The translations under genes and the position numbers were made by a program. A stretch of DNA of 63,630 nt, filler included, from Craspedostauros australis (Eukaryota), in assembly GCA_030167865.1 (NCBI GenBank). It is 6 parts of 6 records of this genome, joined end to end, with 100 filler letters (N's around TTAATTAATTAA, not from the genome) between each part and the next. Parts side by side here need not be neighbours in the genome. Positions count along the whole stretch, not along the records: positions 41,248 to 63,630 come from JALAGF010004225.1; 5 more parts are not named here. One strand, written 5' to 3'. The notes under the pieces were generated by a model that was not told where the DNA came from, made no database searches, and saw only the letters and a program-made list of their open reading frames with translations. Positions 47,653-61,298 of this stretch are shown piece by piece (position 1 is the stretch's first letter; every line of letters starts with the position of its first letter).

Positions 47653-48987
47653 ATGGAAAGTGAAGAAAGTCAACAGAAGTTTGATGCATTGCGACAGATC
47701 CATACCAACAATCACCATGACGATCATGATGGCGGTTGTGGCATTGACCACAGCAGAAACGGTACAACGCAGATGGATGCTGCCACGAGCAGTTCCCAAA
47801 GCTGCGAGATCGTGCACAACGACAACGACGCGAAGGATCCAACGCCATGTGATGTTGAAGACGGTCTCGGTACCAGTCATTCATCGATCTCAATCGCCAT
47901 CGGTACCCCTCTCTCCCATGGCAGTCGCGCAAAGGCCTCCGACGTTGAGCAAGTCGAAGCGTGCGTGGTGATTCTTGCAGATGAAGACGTAGCGAATGAG
48001 GCGAAGCCGACGGAGTGTCCATCGTATGATATCGAAAGTGAACCGACACAACCCGTGGAAGCCAGCTTGGACCGCGGCGCGAGCCCAACCAAGTTACTAC
48101 CAGCAACGCAACATCTCGTGACACGGAAACGGTCGGCACTTCAAAGCGTGGGAACGACGCTTGTGAACGCCCCTCTCATGGCGTATCGCATCAGCCGCAG
48201 CTGCCTGGCCGCGGTGCTGCGACGGTGCTGGATAATGTTGCTGATTCTGGTTGGCGTCTTCCTCTTCATTTTCCTGATGGGGAGATGGCAGCATGCCGCG
48301 GCGAAGAAGATGCCCAGCACCAAGGAGCTCTATCAAACTGGCAGCGTCTGTGGGATGCAACATGTCCCTCGTCTGCGGAACATCACGGCACTGCCGAGAC
48401 ACCGCGCAGGCAAATCCGCCGATAATCCCGGCGCGGCAGCGGACGATAACATCTCATTCCGAACCTACGATTCGTCGCAGGATGTCGCCAAGGCGCAGAA
48501 CGCCAGCATTGCGCATTGCGGCGACTGCGGCCGCTGCAGCAATCCGCACGATATCAAGATCTACGACGACACGAAGACCACCTTGTTCCGTGACTCCCTG
48601 CGCTGTTCCAAGAAGTCGGTGCTGGGCGGTCCAGGCGCGGTCAGGGGCTGCCTCTCGGACGCTGTCGGCTTCACCGAGGGTTGCAACGACTGCTGGGTGG
48701 ACAACGTCATGTGCGACGTGAAGAAATGTCTCTTCGTCTGCATGTGGTACGCCATGTTCAATAAGGTGGACGACGGTGCCGAGCAGCAGGCGCTGAACGA
48801 ATGCACGCACTGCGACGAACGCAGATGCGGTCCGGCATTCTTGGAATGCGCCGGCGCGAACAGAAGGCGGTCGGGAATCATGTCCGAGTTCCAACGAGAT
48901 GACAGTGCGGAGGTTTGTCGGGAGGTGGAGGTTGGATGGTGGCAGGATGAGATCCTGCAGGAAACGTACCGTGATCAATCCTCATAA
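47653..48987 (+). CDS. Single-pass membrane protein with a Cys-rich C-terminal domain, function unknown
   Basis: TM segment WIMLLILVGVFLFIFLM; HCGDCGRCSN, C..CW..N..C...C...C, C..CDE..CGPAF..CAGANRRRSGI. Confidence 0.8.
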   Translation: MESEESQQKFDALRQIHTNNHHDDHDGGCGIDHSRNGTTQMDAATSSSQSCEIVHNDNDAKDPTPCDVEDGLGTSHSSISIAIGTPLSHGSRAKASDVEQVEACVVILADEDVANEAKPTECPSYDIESEPTQPVEASLDRGASPTKLLPATQHLVTRKRSALQSVGTTLVNAPLMAYRISRSCLAAVLRRCWIMLLILVGVFLFIFLMGRWQHAAAKKMPSTKELYQTGSVCGMQHVPRLRNITALPRHRAGKSADNPGAAADDNISFRTYDSSQDVAKAQNASIAHCGDCGRCSNPHDIKIYDDTKTTLFRDSLRCSKKSVLGGPGAVRGCLSDAVGFTEGCNDCWVDNVMCDVKKCLFVCMWYAMFNKVDDGAEQQALNECTHCDERRCGPAFLECAGANRRRSGIMSEFQRDDSAEVCREVEVGWWQDEILQETYRDQSS

Positions 48988-50160
48988 CAACCAGTCTCTC
49001 TCTCTCTTCCTCTTTCTGGGACTTTGCAAGTGGAGGGAGCGCAGAGTAGACGATGATAAACTACGTGTATGTAGGCGTGCTGTAGAATAGGCAGCGCACA
49101 TCCAAGAAGACCGCGGTGGGTCGCGTATCGTGGTCGCGTGCGTAATACGCTACGTATCATTCGCACGAAGTCCGAAGTTCCCTCCCGCTGGTCGAGCACG
49201 AGACTCGTTTCTCTCTATGCTCTACTCATTGTGATAGTTTATCGTCCCCTAGGATTGTATTTTTTAAGTTACGGTGTGTTAGTTTCATTCTGTCTAATTC
49301 TCGCACGAAGATGGGTCAAGTCACTAATTGAAGAGATCAGAATCAGACTAGCGTACGACGTACTGACTGAAGTGTGAGTATTTAATATTGCAGCATTGTT
49401 GCGAAAGGCACTTCATGAGTCCTTAAATGTCAATGAACAAATCCAGAAGGATTTGTTCGAAGCGACATTCCCGAAACGGACAGATGTTGTCACCATTCGT
49501 GTTTCACAAGTTTGAATTTCGAAGAGCGCGTGTCGCAGCTGAGGTTGGCGATCGCGGCTGCAAGGCGTCTGCTCACATTTGTTTGCTTGCTGGTTTGTGG
49601 GCGGGTTTGAATTTACGCGGTGCGCGGTGGTACTTGTGCAGCAGTTAAGGACTGTGTGCGTGATCAAATCGGCTGCATTGTTATGAGGGGTGGCGATGGC
49701 CACCACATGAGCTTGGGTGCCTTGTCGAGTGAACTTGTGACTAATGCCGCGCTCCACTTCAATCATGACGATGGTTTACGCTACCAACAGCGCACTGTCA
49801 AGTTGACTGTCTCTACATGACAACAGAACAGGGCAACCATCTTTCCACGCGTTGTCCTTGATGTCGTCATTGGCGTTGTGCCAAGGAATGCCATTGGGTT
49901 CGATGTGAACATCCTGCAGAATCCAAGTCCTCTTGTGGGATGTTTGAAACTGCATCCACCATTGGTGTTCTGTGTCTCATATCTTTCTCCAAGAAGAGGA
50001 AAGGAAGCAACCAATCCGACTCTACCTTTCGCGCTTGGAGTTTCGTCCACCCCTCCAACCGGATTGCGCATCGTCAACAACAATAACAACAGCAACAACT
50101 CAACTCAACTCGAGTTTCCAATCAAACAACGGCGTGATTATCAAACGAGATTGGTCCAAG

Positions 50161-53100
50161 ATGATTTGGAGACAGGCATTGGTGACACTTGTGAGCACCA
50201 TCGTGCTCCAAGGCCACAACGTGGATGCGAGTGACCGAGGGGCATCTCTGCGAATGGCAAACCGTCATTCCGATTCCGTCGTCCAGCCAGCAACCGAGCT
50301 TCAAGCCGGAAACGCAAGCACGAACACGAGCAACAAGGTGGAGCTGCTCCGGAACGGAGTGCAGTCCATGAGCGCGGCATTTCAGTCGTTGGATGATGCG
50401 GAGGAAGCATTGGCCAACGTCGATCCATCTGCCGTGCCTGGGATGGAGGGCATCCTCTCCCGCGTGAAGGAGGTCACGGCCGCATCGAGAGCATCGATGC
50501 TTCAAGCTTCCGACATCATGGAAAACAATGTCAATCATCTGCAGTTGTCGGATGGTCGTGACACCGACCAGCACCACGAACAGAGCGAGCAGCAGCTGAT
50601 TGAGCCAACACAGATTCATCGTCGCATGTCAACCGTTGGCAGCTCTGCGTCCTCCTCGGCTTCTGCCTCTGCGGACGAAGATGAAGACGACCACGAGGAT
50701 GCGGGTGAAGATCCTCGCGACTACTCGAAAAGCGACTTCGGAGGAGATTCACGAAGCCGCAAGCACAAACACCATTCGTTCCGCCATCACTTCGATGCAA
50801 AGCACGGTCATTACTTCGACCTCCACGACGCCCTCATCAGTGGCGATCACGGTTACATCTCGCAACGCCTCTCATCGATGAGCAAGAAAGTTCGAGCTCC
50901 ATTCGACCATTCGGCTGCACATGGCCGACGCACCAACGATGACTTCGAAGACAAGAAGGAGCGGTGTCTGCAGCTCGCCGAGTGCGTGAGCCTCATGAGT
51001 ATCTATGATTTGGTTGTAAGTCGTGTTACCCCATCCATGATGACGCACATTGATGTGCATGTACGCAACTCCTCGACTCCATACTCTGTCCGAATCTAAC
51101 TGCCGATGACTGATATTACCCATTCTCAACACCGATATCAACACGTCTTTCCCGTTCATGGTGCAACCCATTCCTCTTCTTGGTCTCAACTTGTTTACAC
51201 TCGATCTCCTTGTTTCTTTTCCTGTATGCATTCATGTACGCACATGCGAACACCAATACCCATGTGTGTGTGTGTTCATGTATGTCCATGCACCTCCTTG
51301 CACCCATCACAACACACAGGTGTACTATCATTCAGACGATCTCAACACCCAGACGGGGGAGCTCGATGACTCCATCGTTCGCTTCGACGAAGAGAACTTC
51401 ATCCAAAAGGAGACCGACGCCAAAAGCCTTGCATCCAGCATCCTCAACTCATACGATGAAGACGAATGCGACGACTTGCTGCAGCTCTTTCATCGCAACG
51501 TGGAGTTCGACGGCATCCCGTTCTGGGAAGGTGCCACGGTCGGCCAGGTCTGCTTCGCGCAAGGCACCACCGCATACGTCAAGCTCAGCGAGATTGCAGA
51601 GAAGATCAGCGTGGGAGTTGCGTACCAAATCTCCAACGAACTGTTCCAATGCTCCGAAGAGCTGTACGAAGCCGGCAAGGCCCGCGGCCTCGTGGACAGC
51701 GGCGAACCATTTGTTTTCAAACCGAATGGCGAGGCCGACTTCGTGATCCCAACAGGTTTCGACACGGGCACAGGAGCCGACAACGGCCGTGACGTCCACG
51801 GAAAGCTGAAGAGCAACCTGCAGACTGGATACCTGTACGAAGCGACAAACGGGGCGATCGAGTTTGGCGACGGAATCGAAATCTTTTTTTGCGCTGGGTT
51901 GGACTACGGTACAGGTCGGCAGCTGCTCGAGGATCGTTGTTCCGGGGATGCACTGGCGACGCTCTGCGACCAATCTACCGAAGATTTCAAGGCCGAGCTG
52001 ATCAACAGCTTGCCACTCTGCTTGGACATAATCTTCGATTCAGTCTTTTCATACATCGACGAAGTCGAGAAGGGCTTCGAGCTCGTGTATGGAGAGAACC
52101 CGTAAGTATTCTACCATCTACTGCATGGTCCCGATGTCGGTGCTCGATGGGATCTCCTTTGGTCGCTGACGGATGAATCTGAGGCAACAAGCGAAACATT
52201 GCATCGATGGGCCAACGGCATGTTCTCTTATCACTGCCTGCCTGTCTTCTGTTGATGATGATGATGCGCACATTTCCTCGCGATGCGTGCGAGTAATCAT
52301 CCTTGGGCCCACCGACGCGCTTGACTCACGCTGTGCGCCTTGCTTCGTGATGCTTCTGATGTTCCTCCCACAACAGTTCCGTCGGTTTTATTTGTGGCAT
52401 CAAGGATGCGTTCGAGGTGGATGGCAAAGACATTCCAGGCCAATGCTGTCTGAACGCACCATACGAAAATACTGGTGCTCTTTGGGGAAACACGGTAAGT
52501 TTGGTGTCATGCGAGTGATGTATTGCAAACAAGCCCCCGAGCGACCACCGTTCGCAGAGGACATGGCTGCATGAAGTGGGATGGAATGCAGTGGGACACG
52601 ATTATGCGGGTCAGCGCGTTTTTGTTGTTGTTGTTGTCGTTGCAAGGCACCGCTTCAGTTGCCAATTTCGTGCTCTATCGTCATCATCTGAGTTGAGCAT
52701 CTCTTGCATGAGTGCATGCAGTCGCTTACGCTTGCGTACTCACCACACTCTGCAACATGCCTTCCTGTTGTCGGCTTGCGTTCATTTTCTGTGCCCACGA
52801 TCCGTGATGGGATGTACATGTCGTCACAACGCTTTATATCTTGCCGTTCCAATTATCCACGCTGATGCTGTGTCCAAACAGTACGATTGCACGGAGGAAT
52901 GCATCAAAGGACCGTTCCTTGCGGGCATCGATACGGAGGCCTGTGAAGCACAGGGCGGCGTGTTCTGTCCCAACCCAACAGACTGTTCGGACCTGCAAGC
53001 TTGCATCGCCGAGAACATCGAGCTGAACAGCAACGATGATGAATTCAAGCCGTACGTGACGTACCTCCAAGCCGCTCCAAACATAACGGACGCAACCAGC

Positions 53101-55591
53101 TTTTCGGAATGCGGCAGCGCCAGAGAGTACTTCGGCTTCGACGAAAACTTCATTAACGATATTGAGATTTGCGAGAACGTTGAGCAACTCAAATTCAACC
53201 AGGACTTCGAAGAGCTGAAGAAGTTCTTCGGGCAAGGGTCTTCGAGTGGAGATGGCGAAGATTGTGACGACGACTGCGTGGGCCCTTCACTTACCCTGCC
53301 AGATCGATGTACGTTTCCCGCATTATCTTGCCTGCTCGCGCCGGGGTATTGGCCACATCTCATGCGATTGCTGCAATTGGTGGATATCTCGACCACTCAC
53401 ACAGACTTTGGTCAACATTCCCTTGCTCTTGAATGGTTTCGTGTTGTGATGGAATGCTGTGTACTCGTGACTGCGATTGCGTTCGTCTCTTTTCGTGCGT
53501 GTGTTTGTGTGCCACTGCCGCTGCCCCGTCACCATGTCCCACGCCTCTATTGACGCGGTTACAGCCTTCTCGGGTTCGTCGGAAGTCCAGAGCGGACAGG
53601 AATGGCGCAGCACGAACTTTGCGCTGGGACAAGCTGCCACGTTGGTGTCCGAGCTCTTTGATGTGACACAGGCCATCCAATGCCCCGCACTTGGTGGCGG
53701 AATTTGCGAACTGGCGACCAACAGCGCCGTCTTTGCCATCGGCGTCATCCAGGCTGTGGTACGAACGGTAAGTCTCCTATACGCATGCATACACTCTCGT
53801 TGGCGTCCACTGTCGTTGCAGTGCCGCGCTGTGGCTTTCCCGGCGTGCATTGCTGTGCCATGTGATGCCATGTGTGCAACAATACTTGACAAATCACGCT
53901 AACCATATTTTTCCGACCTGGTTGCTGGCGTGTTTGTCCGCTCCCTTTCCGTTTACTGATCCTTCCCTGCGTTGCGAAGGCATCAGATGTCTCATCCTTT
54001 ACCTACGGCGAGATCGCCGATGTTGGCAACCTGGAGCCGATCCGCACCAACGAGAACACGGAGGTGATGTTCGAAAACATGAAGGCGACGGGAGAATGGA
54101 TGGATGGTCAATTCAAGGTCGTCGAGACGGAATTCGTGAGCGTGAACGAGAACATCGACGAGACGGAGCTGAAGGTGGACGAGGTGATCTCCATCGTCAC
54201 GCCCCCGGCGTTCGTTGCCGGGACGAAGTACGCTGGCTGCGACTCCGTGGATCAGGATGATGATGGAATGGCCGACAACTGCGCCGAGGATCAGTACCTG
54301 CCGGAGCTGTTCCTGCCAGAGCAGCTGCCCGTGAAGATCCCATGCCAGTTTGACGACGCCGTCTGCATCGACCGTAGCTTCCAAACCAATGAGGATGCCA
54401 TCGCGTATCTTCGCAGCGCAGTCGAAGTGATCGACGACTGCTCATCTCCCGACAAGCTGATGCTCGATGTCAAGTTGATCATGCACGACTGTCTTGATAC
54501 AGTGTTCGAGCTGACCCCGAAGCATTTGTGTCAGCCGGACACAGTGAACACGACGAAGATCGAGTATATCGGAACCTCCCAACGTTTCGTGGTGCACGTC
54601 GATGACGAGGCACCGCAGCTCACGTGTGGTTTTGATCGTTTCTCACCCAACTTCCAAACCGGCATGACGATCCAAGGCAACAACCTGATCGTGGAGGAGG
54701 CGCAATTCGAATCCGTTCCGTTCCTGGCCATCCCCTTCTTTTTCGATATGGAGGTACGTGTGCGACTGATGCTCGGCGGCTGATTCTGAGTGTGGACATG
54801 ATTGTGCTGCGTAGTGCGTTGCACGCCTTATCCATTGCATGTCATGGAATGGAGTGGCACAGCACGGGGCAGAAAGACACACAACGACCATCAAACACAG
54901 ACATCCCTGTGATCATCTCTTTCTCTCCCTCTCACATCTTGCCTTGTGAACTAACATGAATGGCGTCTCGGTACGATTACTGCAGGAAAACTGCCCAGAT
55001 CTTGTGCACGTCGAAGTCGATGTCCGAACCAACGAGTTCATGGCGAGCTCGCCGCTGCTGTTGCGTCGCAGATCGAATGCGGTGTCTGTGGACCAGGCGA
55101 AGCTGATGGTGGCACCAGTGGCTTGCGCGAGCGCCGAGGATGGGGAGGTCTGCGAACAGGACGACGTCACCAATCTGCGCATTTACGAAATCGATGTGGT
55201 CGCAACGGACACAGCCGGGAACTTCGCCGAAGTGACTTGCAACGTGGTGATCAATCCTGCATCTTCTGGAGGCAGCAGACGCCTGCAGAACTCGACCATC
55301 GACATGCAGGTGTCCAACTCGCTGGATCGCTTCGATCTGGGATCCGTCACGCTGTCCTGGGACCGAGAGCTGTCGCCCAGCGAATCGCCATCCATGATGC
55401 CATCCGTGTCATTCCAACCGACCGACTCGTCAGCACCCTCACTGCCACCGACCGACCTGCCATCCTCCATGCCTTCCAAGGCTCCAAAGTCCAGCAAGTC
55501 CTCCTCCAAGTCCCAAACATCGAAGGATTCCGAGAAGCTCACCAAATCGAGCTCCAAATCCTCCAAGTCGAGCACCAAGTCATCGAAGTAA
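50161..55591 (+). CDS. Large secreted protein (~1254 aa, 7 exons) with Cys-rich, coiled-coil and HYR-like regions and a Lys/Ser tail
   Basis: Exons 50161-51015, 51320-52101, 52377-52494, 52882-53308, 53565-53767, 53980-54753 and 54986-55591 are all GT-AG and frame-consistent (3765 nt). Signal-like N-terminus; GCDSVDQDDDG..DNC; ATDTAGN; SRRLQ. Confidence 0.8.
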
Positions 55592-56485
55592 AGCCTGTGT
55601 TAGGCATAATCGTAATGCATCGATGTACGGTAACACTCATACTGGCACGATTACTCATGGAAGCATCACGTGAGAATGAAAGAGGGTTGTGCTGCTATTA
55701 TATATTCTATTCTATGTGATTGCATTGTACTCGTACGGATATGCACATTCGGATACTGCGATTTTACCACCAACGCGGTGGTCTGCAACGAGCGGCTGTG
55801 TGCAAACACGATTGCAGACTGTTGATGGACAGACGAGATGACCAGTTCGCGCCAAAACTGGCTCCCATGCGCGTTGCTGGAGCGTGTCAAGACGGGCTCA
55901 TGTTGTGGCAGAGATACTAATACGTAGTATGCGTATCAGTATGTACATGCCGGCACAATGGCAGCCCGACTTTCTACCATTCATGCACCGTAATAGCATG
56001 GATAAGCAAGGACGCAGTTGAGTAGACTTCGAATACCATGGAATATGCTCTAAACAATTAGAATACAATTTATCTGCTGTGACATCATGTTGAGTTGTGG
56101 GTGCGTATGTGGGTGGATGCCATGCAATTGGCGATACAGCCACATCGACTTCCCTTTACATCACATCATGTTTCGTCCAGCTCGAGGGTGCTGACTCGAC
56201 TTTCAAAGCCGCGCATCTCCTTCATCCTTGTGCCTTGCGAGGGCCACCGAATTGGCTTGCATACTTCGGGATCCAACAGGTGGAACGCATCGCGTGAGAT
56301 GCGGCCTGTGAAACATGAAAATATCGAGAAGAAAAGCGATTGATGAAGATAGTGATCGCTCGCAGGCTTTGATGCCATTGTGTCATGCTCAGATCTGTTC
56401 ACGCGTTCAACGCCAACCAGCCAACCAGTTTGCCTGTCTGCCTGTGTGCCTGACTGCTGCTCGATCACATCGACTGCATTCCTGC

Positions 56486-59400
56486 TCATTTCCCTTTGCT
56501 GAACGGGCTACTCGGATTGTCGGCGGTGTTCATCGGGACCGTGAACATCGACGTCTCGCTGCTCCCGAAGTTGCCGAAGCCGGATGCCAAGGCCGGAAGC
56601 CTGCTCCCGGTGATGGCAACGTTGTACACGCCGTGTAGCGTGCGACAACAGAAGCCATCGCCGCCGCTGTCCGTGATGGTGAAGGTGTACTGCTGTCCGC
56701 GCTCGAGGAACACATGCTCGAGGGCAGCGTGCGCGTCTGGCTCGTAGAAGCCCGGCAGCACCGCTTGCTGGAACTGGATGGGGTCCTTCGTGTCAGATAT
56801 CGACCACCCCGTTTGTTGAGGGTTGTCGTCGAAGAAGATCAGGACGGATATCTGCACCAGGTCTGTGGTGGGAGGTAGCGTCATTGGAGCAACGGGTGCT
56901 GTCGTTGGCATCATCGTCAGCTCCATGGTCGGCGATATCGACGCGGAAGGCGCGACCACAGGCGATTTTGTCGGCGGTGTGCTGTCTGTGGGCGACGCGG
57001 TCACCGTTGGTGACGACGACGATCCTGTCATTGGCGGTATCACGGTTGTGGGTGAAGCGCTGGCTGTTGGTGCCGCGGTCGTTGTTGGTGATGTTGACGA
57101 CGGCGGCGTCGGCGGAATCAATGATGTTGGCGACGCGCTGCTTGTGGGCGACGCAGTGGTTGTTGGGAACGAAGACCCTGCCGGATTTGTCGAGTTGGTT
57201 GTCGGCTCCATTGTGTCTTCCATGATGTCGTTCGGTTGCATGGTTGCTGGCGCCATGAGGCCTGTTGGCTGCTGAGACGGAGATGTCGCAAGCAAGATCG
57301 TTGGAGATGACGAGGGACCGGATGAGGGCACGTTGGTTGCCACTGTATTCGTCGGCTGCATGCTTGGCGAAGCGCTTGGCACCATCGACGGTGCGGACGT
57401 GGGCCTGCCAGTCGGTCCATTCGTTGGAGTAGTAGACGGCGAATTCGTGGGCTCGCTGGTTGGAGCGCTAGTTGGCGTGCTGCTTGGAATGCTGGTCGGT
57501 TGTTCGCTCGGTGTTTGCGTGGGCCGAGCGGAGGGGCTGGACGTTGGATTGCTCGTAGGAGCTGACGTGGGCTTGCTCGTCGTAGGCTCCGCAGATGGCG
57601 TCGTGGATGGATGCTGCGTGGGTTCATTCGTGGGAGTGGTAGTTGGAGTTGCGGTGGGAGCGCTCGTTGGTGGAATCACAGGCGTCGCAGTCGGTCCAGA
57701 TGTTGGTCCGGCAGTTGGTGATCGGGTTGGACTCGATGTTGGGGAGGCGGTTGGAGACTTCGTTGGTGCTGAAGTTGCGCGTGTGGGTGATTCGGTCGGT
57801 TGCACAACAGGGGCAGCTGTGGGGCTCTTGGATGGCGCTGCAGTGGGTGCGTTGGGGCATTTCCAGTAGTCTGGTGGGTCGACACTCATGTTGCACCCAG
57901 TTTCAATGATCCAGTCAGATACGAAGCTGGTGCGCACTGCAATATCTGGAAGGTATCGGTCAACACACTGGACAGCTCTGTTCATTTGTATCGGCATTGG
58001 CGTTGTTGCAGCGAGATGGTGATTTGTACAGTATAGATGTTGATGTTGAATAGAATAGAATAGAAAGTCAAAAGGATGGTCATAGTAGAGCATTGGAAAT
58101 GATCGAATTGTGCAGGCGTGCGAAATATTATAGTAGTGAAGAGGTGGGAGTGAGGAGGTTGGAATGTACGAGTGGACTACGATGCATGCGATCGCAACGC
58201 CACTTTGCCATCGCCGCTGTTGTTCACCTGGCGAACATCAGAGCTCGCACCCGTGTTTCGATTGTTACTCACCCTGTTGTTGTGCCAATGTAGACATCGT
58301 CTTCGAAGGTGTCACCCTCAAGGATGACTGGTCCACCCGAATCTCCGCGGCAGGTTCCACTGCGCGGGTTTCCATTGAGGAATTCCATGGTACATAGCAA
58401 TTCATCAGAGATGATGGAACCACCGGAGATAGGATCCCCAAAATCCAGCCCAGGCGTGTCCGGAGTGTCCATGAATTTGCATGTGTCCAAGGCGATGTTG
58501 TTCCCCTGGGTCTCTTGCAGGATGGTGGGGAGAACGATTGGCGTTCTTGGGATACCAAGCACTGGATCGCCGTCGTCGTCGGAGATACTTCCAAATCCCA
58601 GCAGCGTCAGACGCTGGTTGTCGATCGGAACATTCTCGTCCGTATTGATGCGGATCAAAGGGGCGTCCACCGGTCGCTCCAGCTTGACGAGCGCAACATC
58701 AAAGTACCACCGCGGATTGCTGGTGGTACTCCAGTCTGGGTGCTGGGTGAATGTATCCCAGTTAACGGCCGGGCCACCGTAATCGTTGAGATCATACAGG
58801 CTAACTTGGACGCGAGATGTTTCTCCGACTGGATCGCTGTGTGTGGATTGTTCGTGGAGTACGCATGGTTGAGTACATTTGGTCCAAAAGATGGTTGCAC
58901 GAATATGATGGAATGGGGTGGGGGATGACAGAGATGGCAGAAATGTGGTGAGAGTCATGCACGTGGGGAAGAAATAGGTCAGTGATGTCACTTGCAATTG
59001 GCGCGGTCAGATAGTACCAGGTTGCAGAACTGAACAACGCAAGCTGTCCGATACGATGGCGATGTTCGTGTGCGCCAAATGGCGCCATGCGTGGGTGCAA
59101 AGATCGCGTTCGGTTGCTCTGCCCAATTGTGTACACACGTGCACACACGTACAAATATGACACGCGTGTACATGCACCATGGTGCACCGGTTTGCACTTA
59201 CTTGCAATGCGCAGCGGTGATGACGACGTCTGGCGCAATCAGCGCTGCACCGCACTGCACGTCACCAAACATTCGAGAGTAGTATGGGAATCTTCCTCTT
59301 CGGGCGTCTCTCCCTCTGACGATCTTTGGGTCTGGTTCTATGCTGTCGTTCTGCGCGTTCCTCGTGTCATTCAGGTATTTCACCAGGTTCGAGCGAAGCT

Positions 59401-59599
59401 CTTCTATCGACGAGAGGTTGCTTCCTTCATCTTCGGTTTCGTGGGCCTTCCTCACGCCCGGTCCGCTGCCGGCATGACCTCGGATAATGTTTCCTTTGTT
59501 CAATGCCTGCGCTTCTCCCGAGTTCATCGACATCAGCAGCAATGCCAGTGTCGACAATAGCGCTGCTGATGACAGCGACGCTCTGTGTCTGCGCGGCAT
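56486..59599 (-). CDS. Secreted S1 (trypsin-fold) serine protease with a PTxxP mucin-like stalk and C-terminal beta domain (~817 aa, 3 exons)
   Basis: Exons 59599-59202, 58836-58273 and 57977-56486 are in frame (2454 nt). K|IVRG activation site; triad motifs TAAHC, DVAL, GDSGGP; C-terminal YTFTITDSGGDGFCC. Confidence 0.9.
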
Positions 59600-61298
59600 G
59601 GTTTCGGACTCCTGTATTTTCTGTACTTTCTATCCTTGCTGTCCTTGCTGTCGTCAATAAGTGCGTTTGTCCACAATGGCTGTGGTCACGGGGACGGCGG
59701 TGATGGAGATGTGACTCTCGCGAGGCAAGCAAAGCACAGCAAAGGAAGGGAAGCGACTCTTGCGTTTCACTTGCTTGGGTGATGGTCGTGCGATGGTCTG
59801 ATGCGTAGAGTATGGCAACGTATGCAACACGAGACCATTCAATGCAACCGTGGTGGAATCTGCGGCTGGTCGGAAGTGCTGTTACTGATGAATGGTCGGT
59901 GGCAAGAACAATGACCATGCGCATTCCAAAGCGTTCAGTCGCAAGAGCCAGATGAATACCTTCCAGAATCTACAAGCCAAGCAACGAAGCAACGTGCCAA
60001 CCCAACCTAACCATGGCTGGCTGACATGAGGTCTCCTTTGCCAATCTCCATGGCATCGGTGCCGAAGGAGGTGTATCATTCGACTCTCGGTTATAATCGG
60101 TGTGTGTCCTGCACAGAAACTTGTTCCAGCCAGCGACGCCGCGAACGATTTTGGCAACAGATTTTGTGACCGCAAGAATCGCACATGACCCATGACGTTA
60201 GATGCGACATCATGATTGTCGTATGCGACAAGTGTCGATAAGTGTGGTTGATTCGCATGGGTCGGTTCATGGGACAGAACGTGTTGGTCTTGCGAAACAA
60301 ACAAAGTTGTCTAACGCTTGGACGCCTTTTGGTCGTGTTTGCGACAAACCAGACTTGTCAATCCCGAATGACTTCATGCGGGACTGGGTGGCATGTCCAG
60401 CCGCACTGAGTCTATGGCTACGTGTATAGGATATATGCCGATTGTGCATGACACAACAACGAGCGAAGTATGGTGGCTTATGTGCTTTTTTTGACACCTT
60501 GATGCATAGTACAGCAAGATTGAGTAGCGGAAACGATCAAGGGTGCTCTACGGCGTGGTGCAGTGTCATCATGGTTGGAAAGAGATGCCCTCTGCCATGA
60601 TGAATGTCGCTGGAGAAGACAAGAGTTGTCTGACAACAAATTGGGCATGTTACCCTTCCTGTGCTATCCCTGTTGGACTCCTTCCGACTGGTAGAGAGTG
60701 CTCGTGAGACCTGCGCTTGTAATCGGCTTGCACTTTCATTTCAATGTGATGCAATCGATGGTGGTCTCGCAATTCATCTCTGGTCGGTGATGTATTGTTC
60801 CGATCTGCTCTGTGGAGAGTACCATACTCCGTTCTGCTCGAAAGTATGTGCGTGTACCAATGCTGATGTCGTGTTCGCACGTGTGACCAGGGAGATCGCG
60901 AGCGGTATGAGTTATTCATCATGTGATTGAGTTCCCGCCATGTTTGAAAGTGGCGGAAGCACAAGACCACAGCGGCGGCAGGAACAGCAACATAGGCGGA
61001 GACGGAGGCGGATGCAGAACAACCATCCTGGTAATGGTCGTGACTGGCATGCGTTGGTGATGCGATTGCCTGCGGCTGTCTGAACATGAGCTTGAACATC
61101 AACGTGGTAGCGAGTAACATGTACAATGCGAGTGCAATGGCGCACTTGGTGGATGCATACATATAGAGCACATAATATATTGTACTCTTCGAGCAGAGAA
61201 GAGAATGTGAGCGCGATGAAAGAATCGTTCGTCGAGACAGGTTGCGGGGGATGTTTGAAGAGCAACATCGTGTTTTGAGTCATGTAGCAAAGCATACC

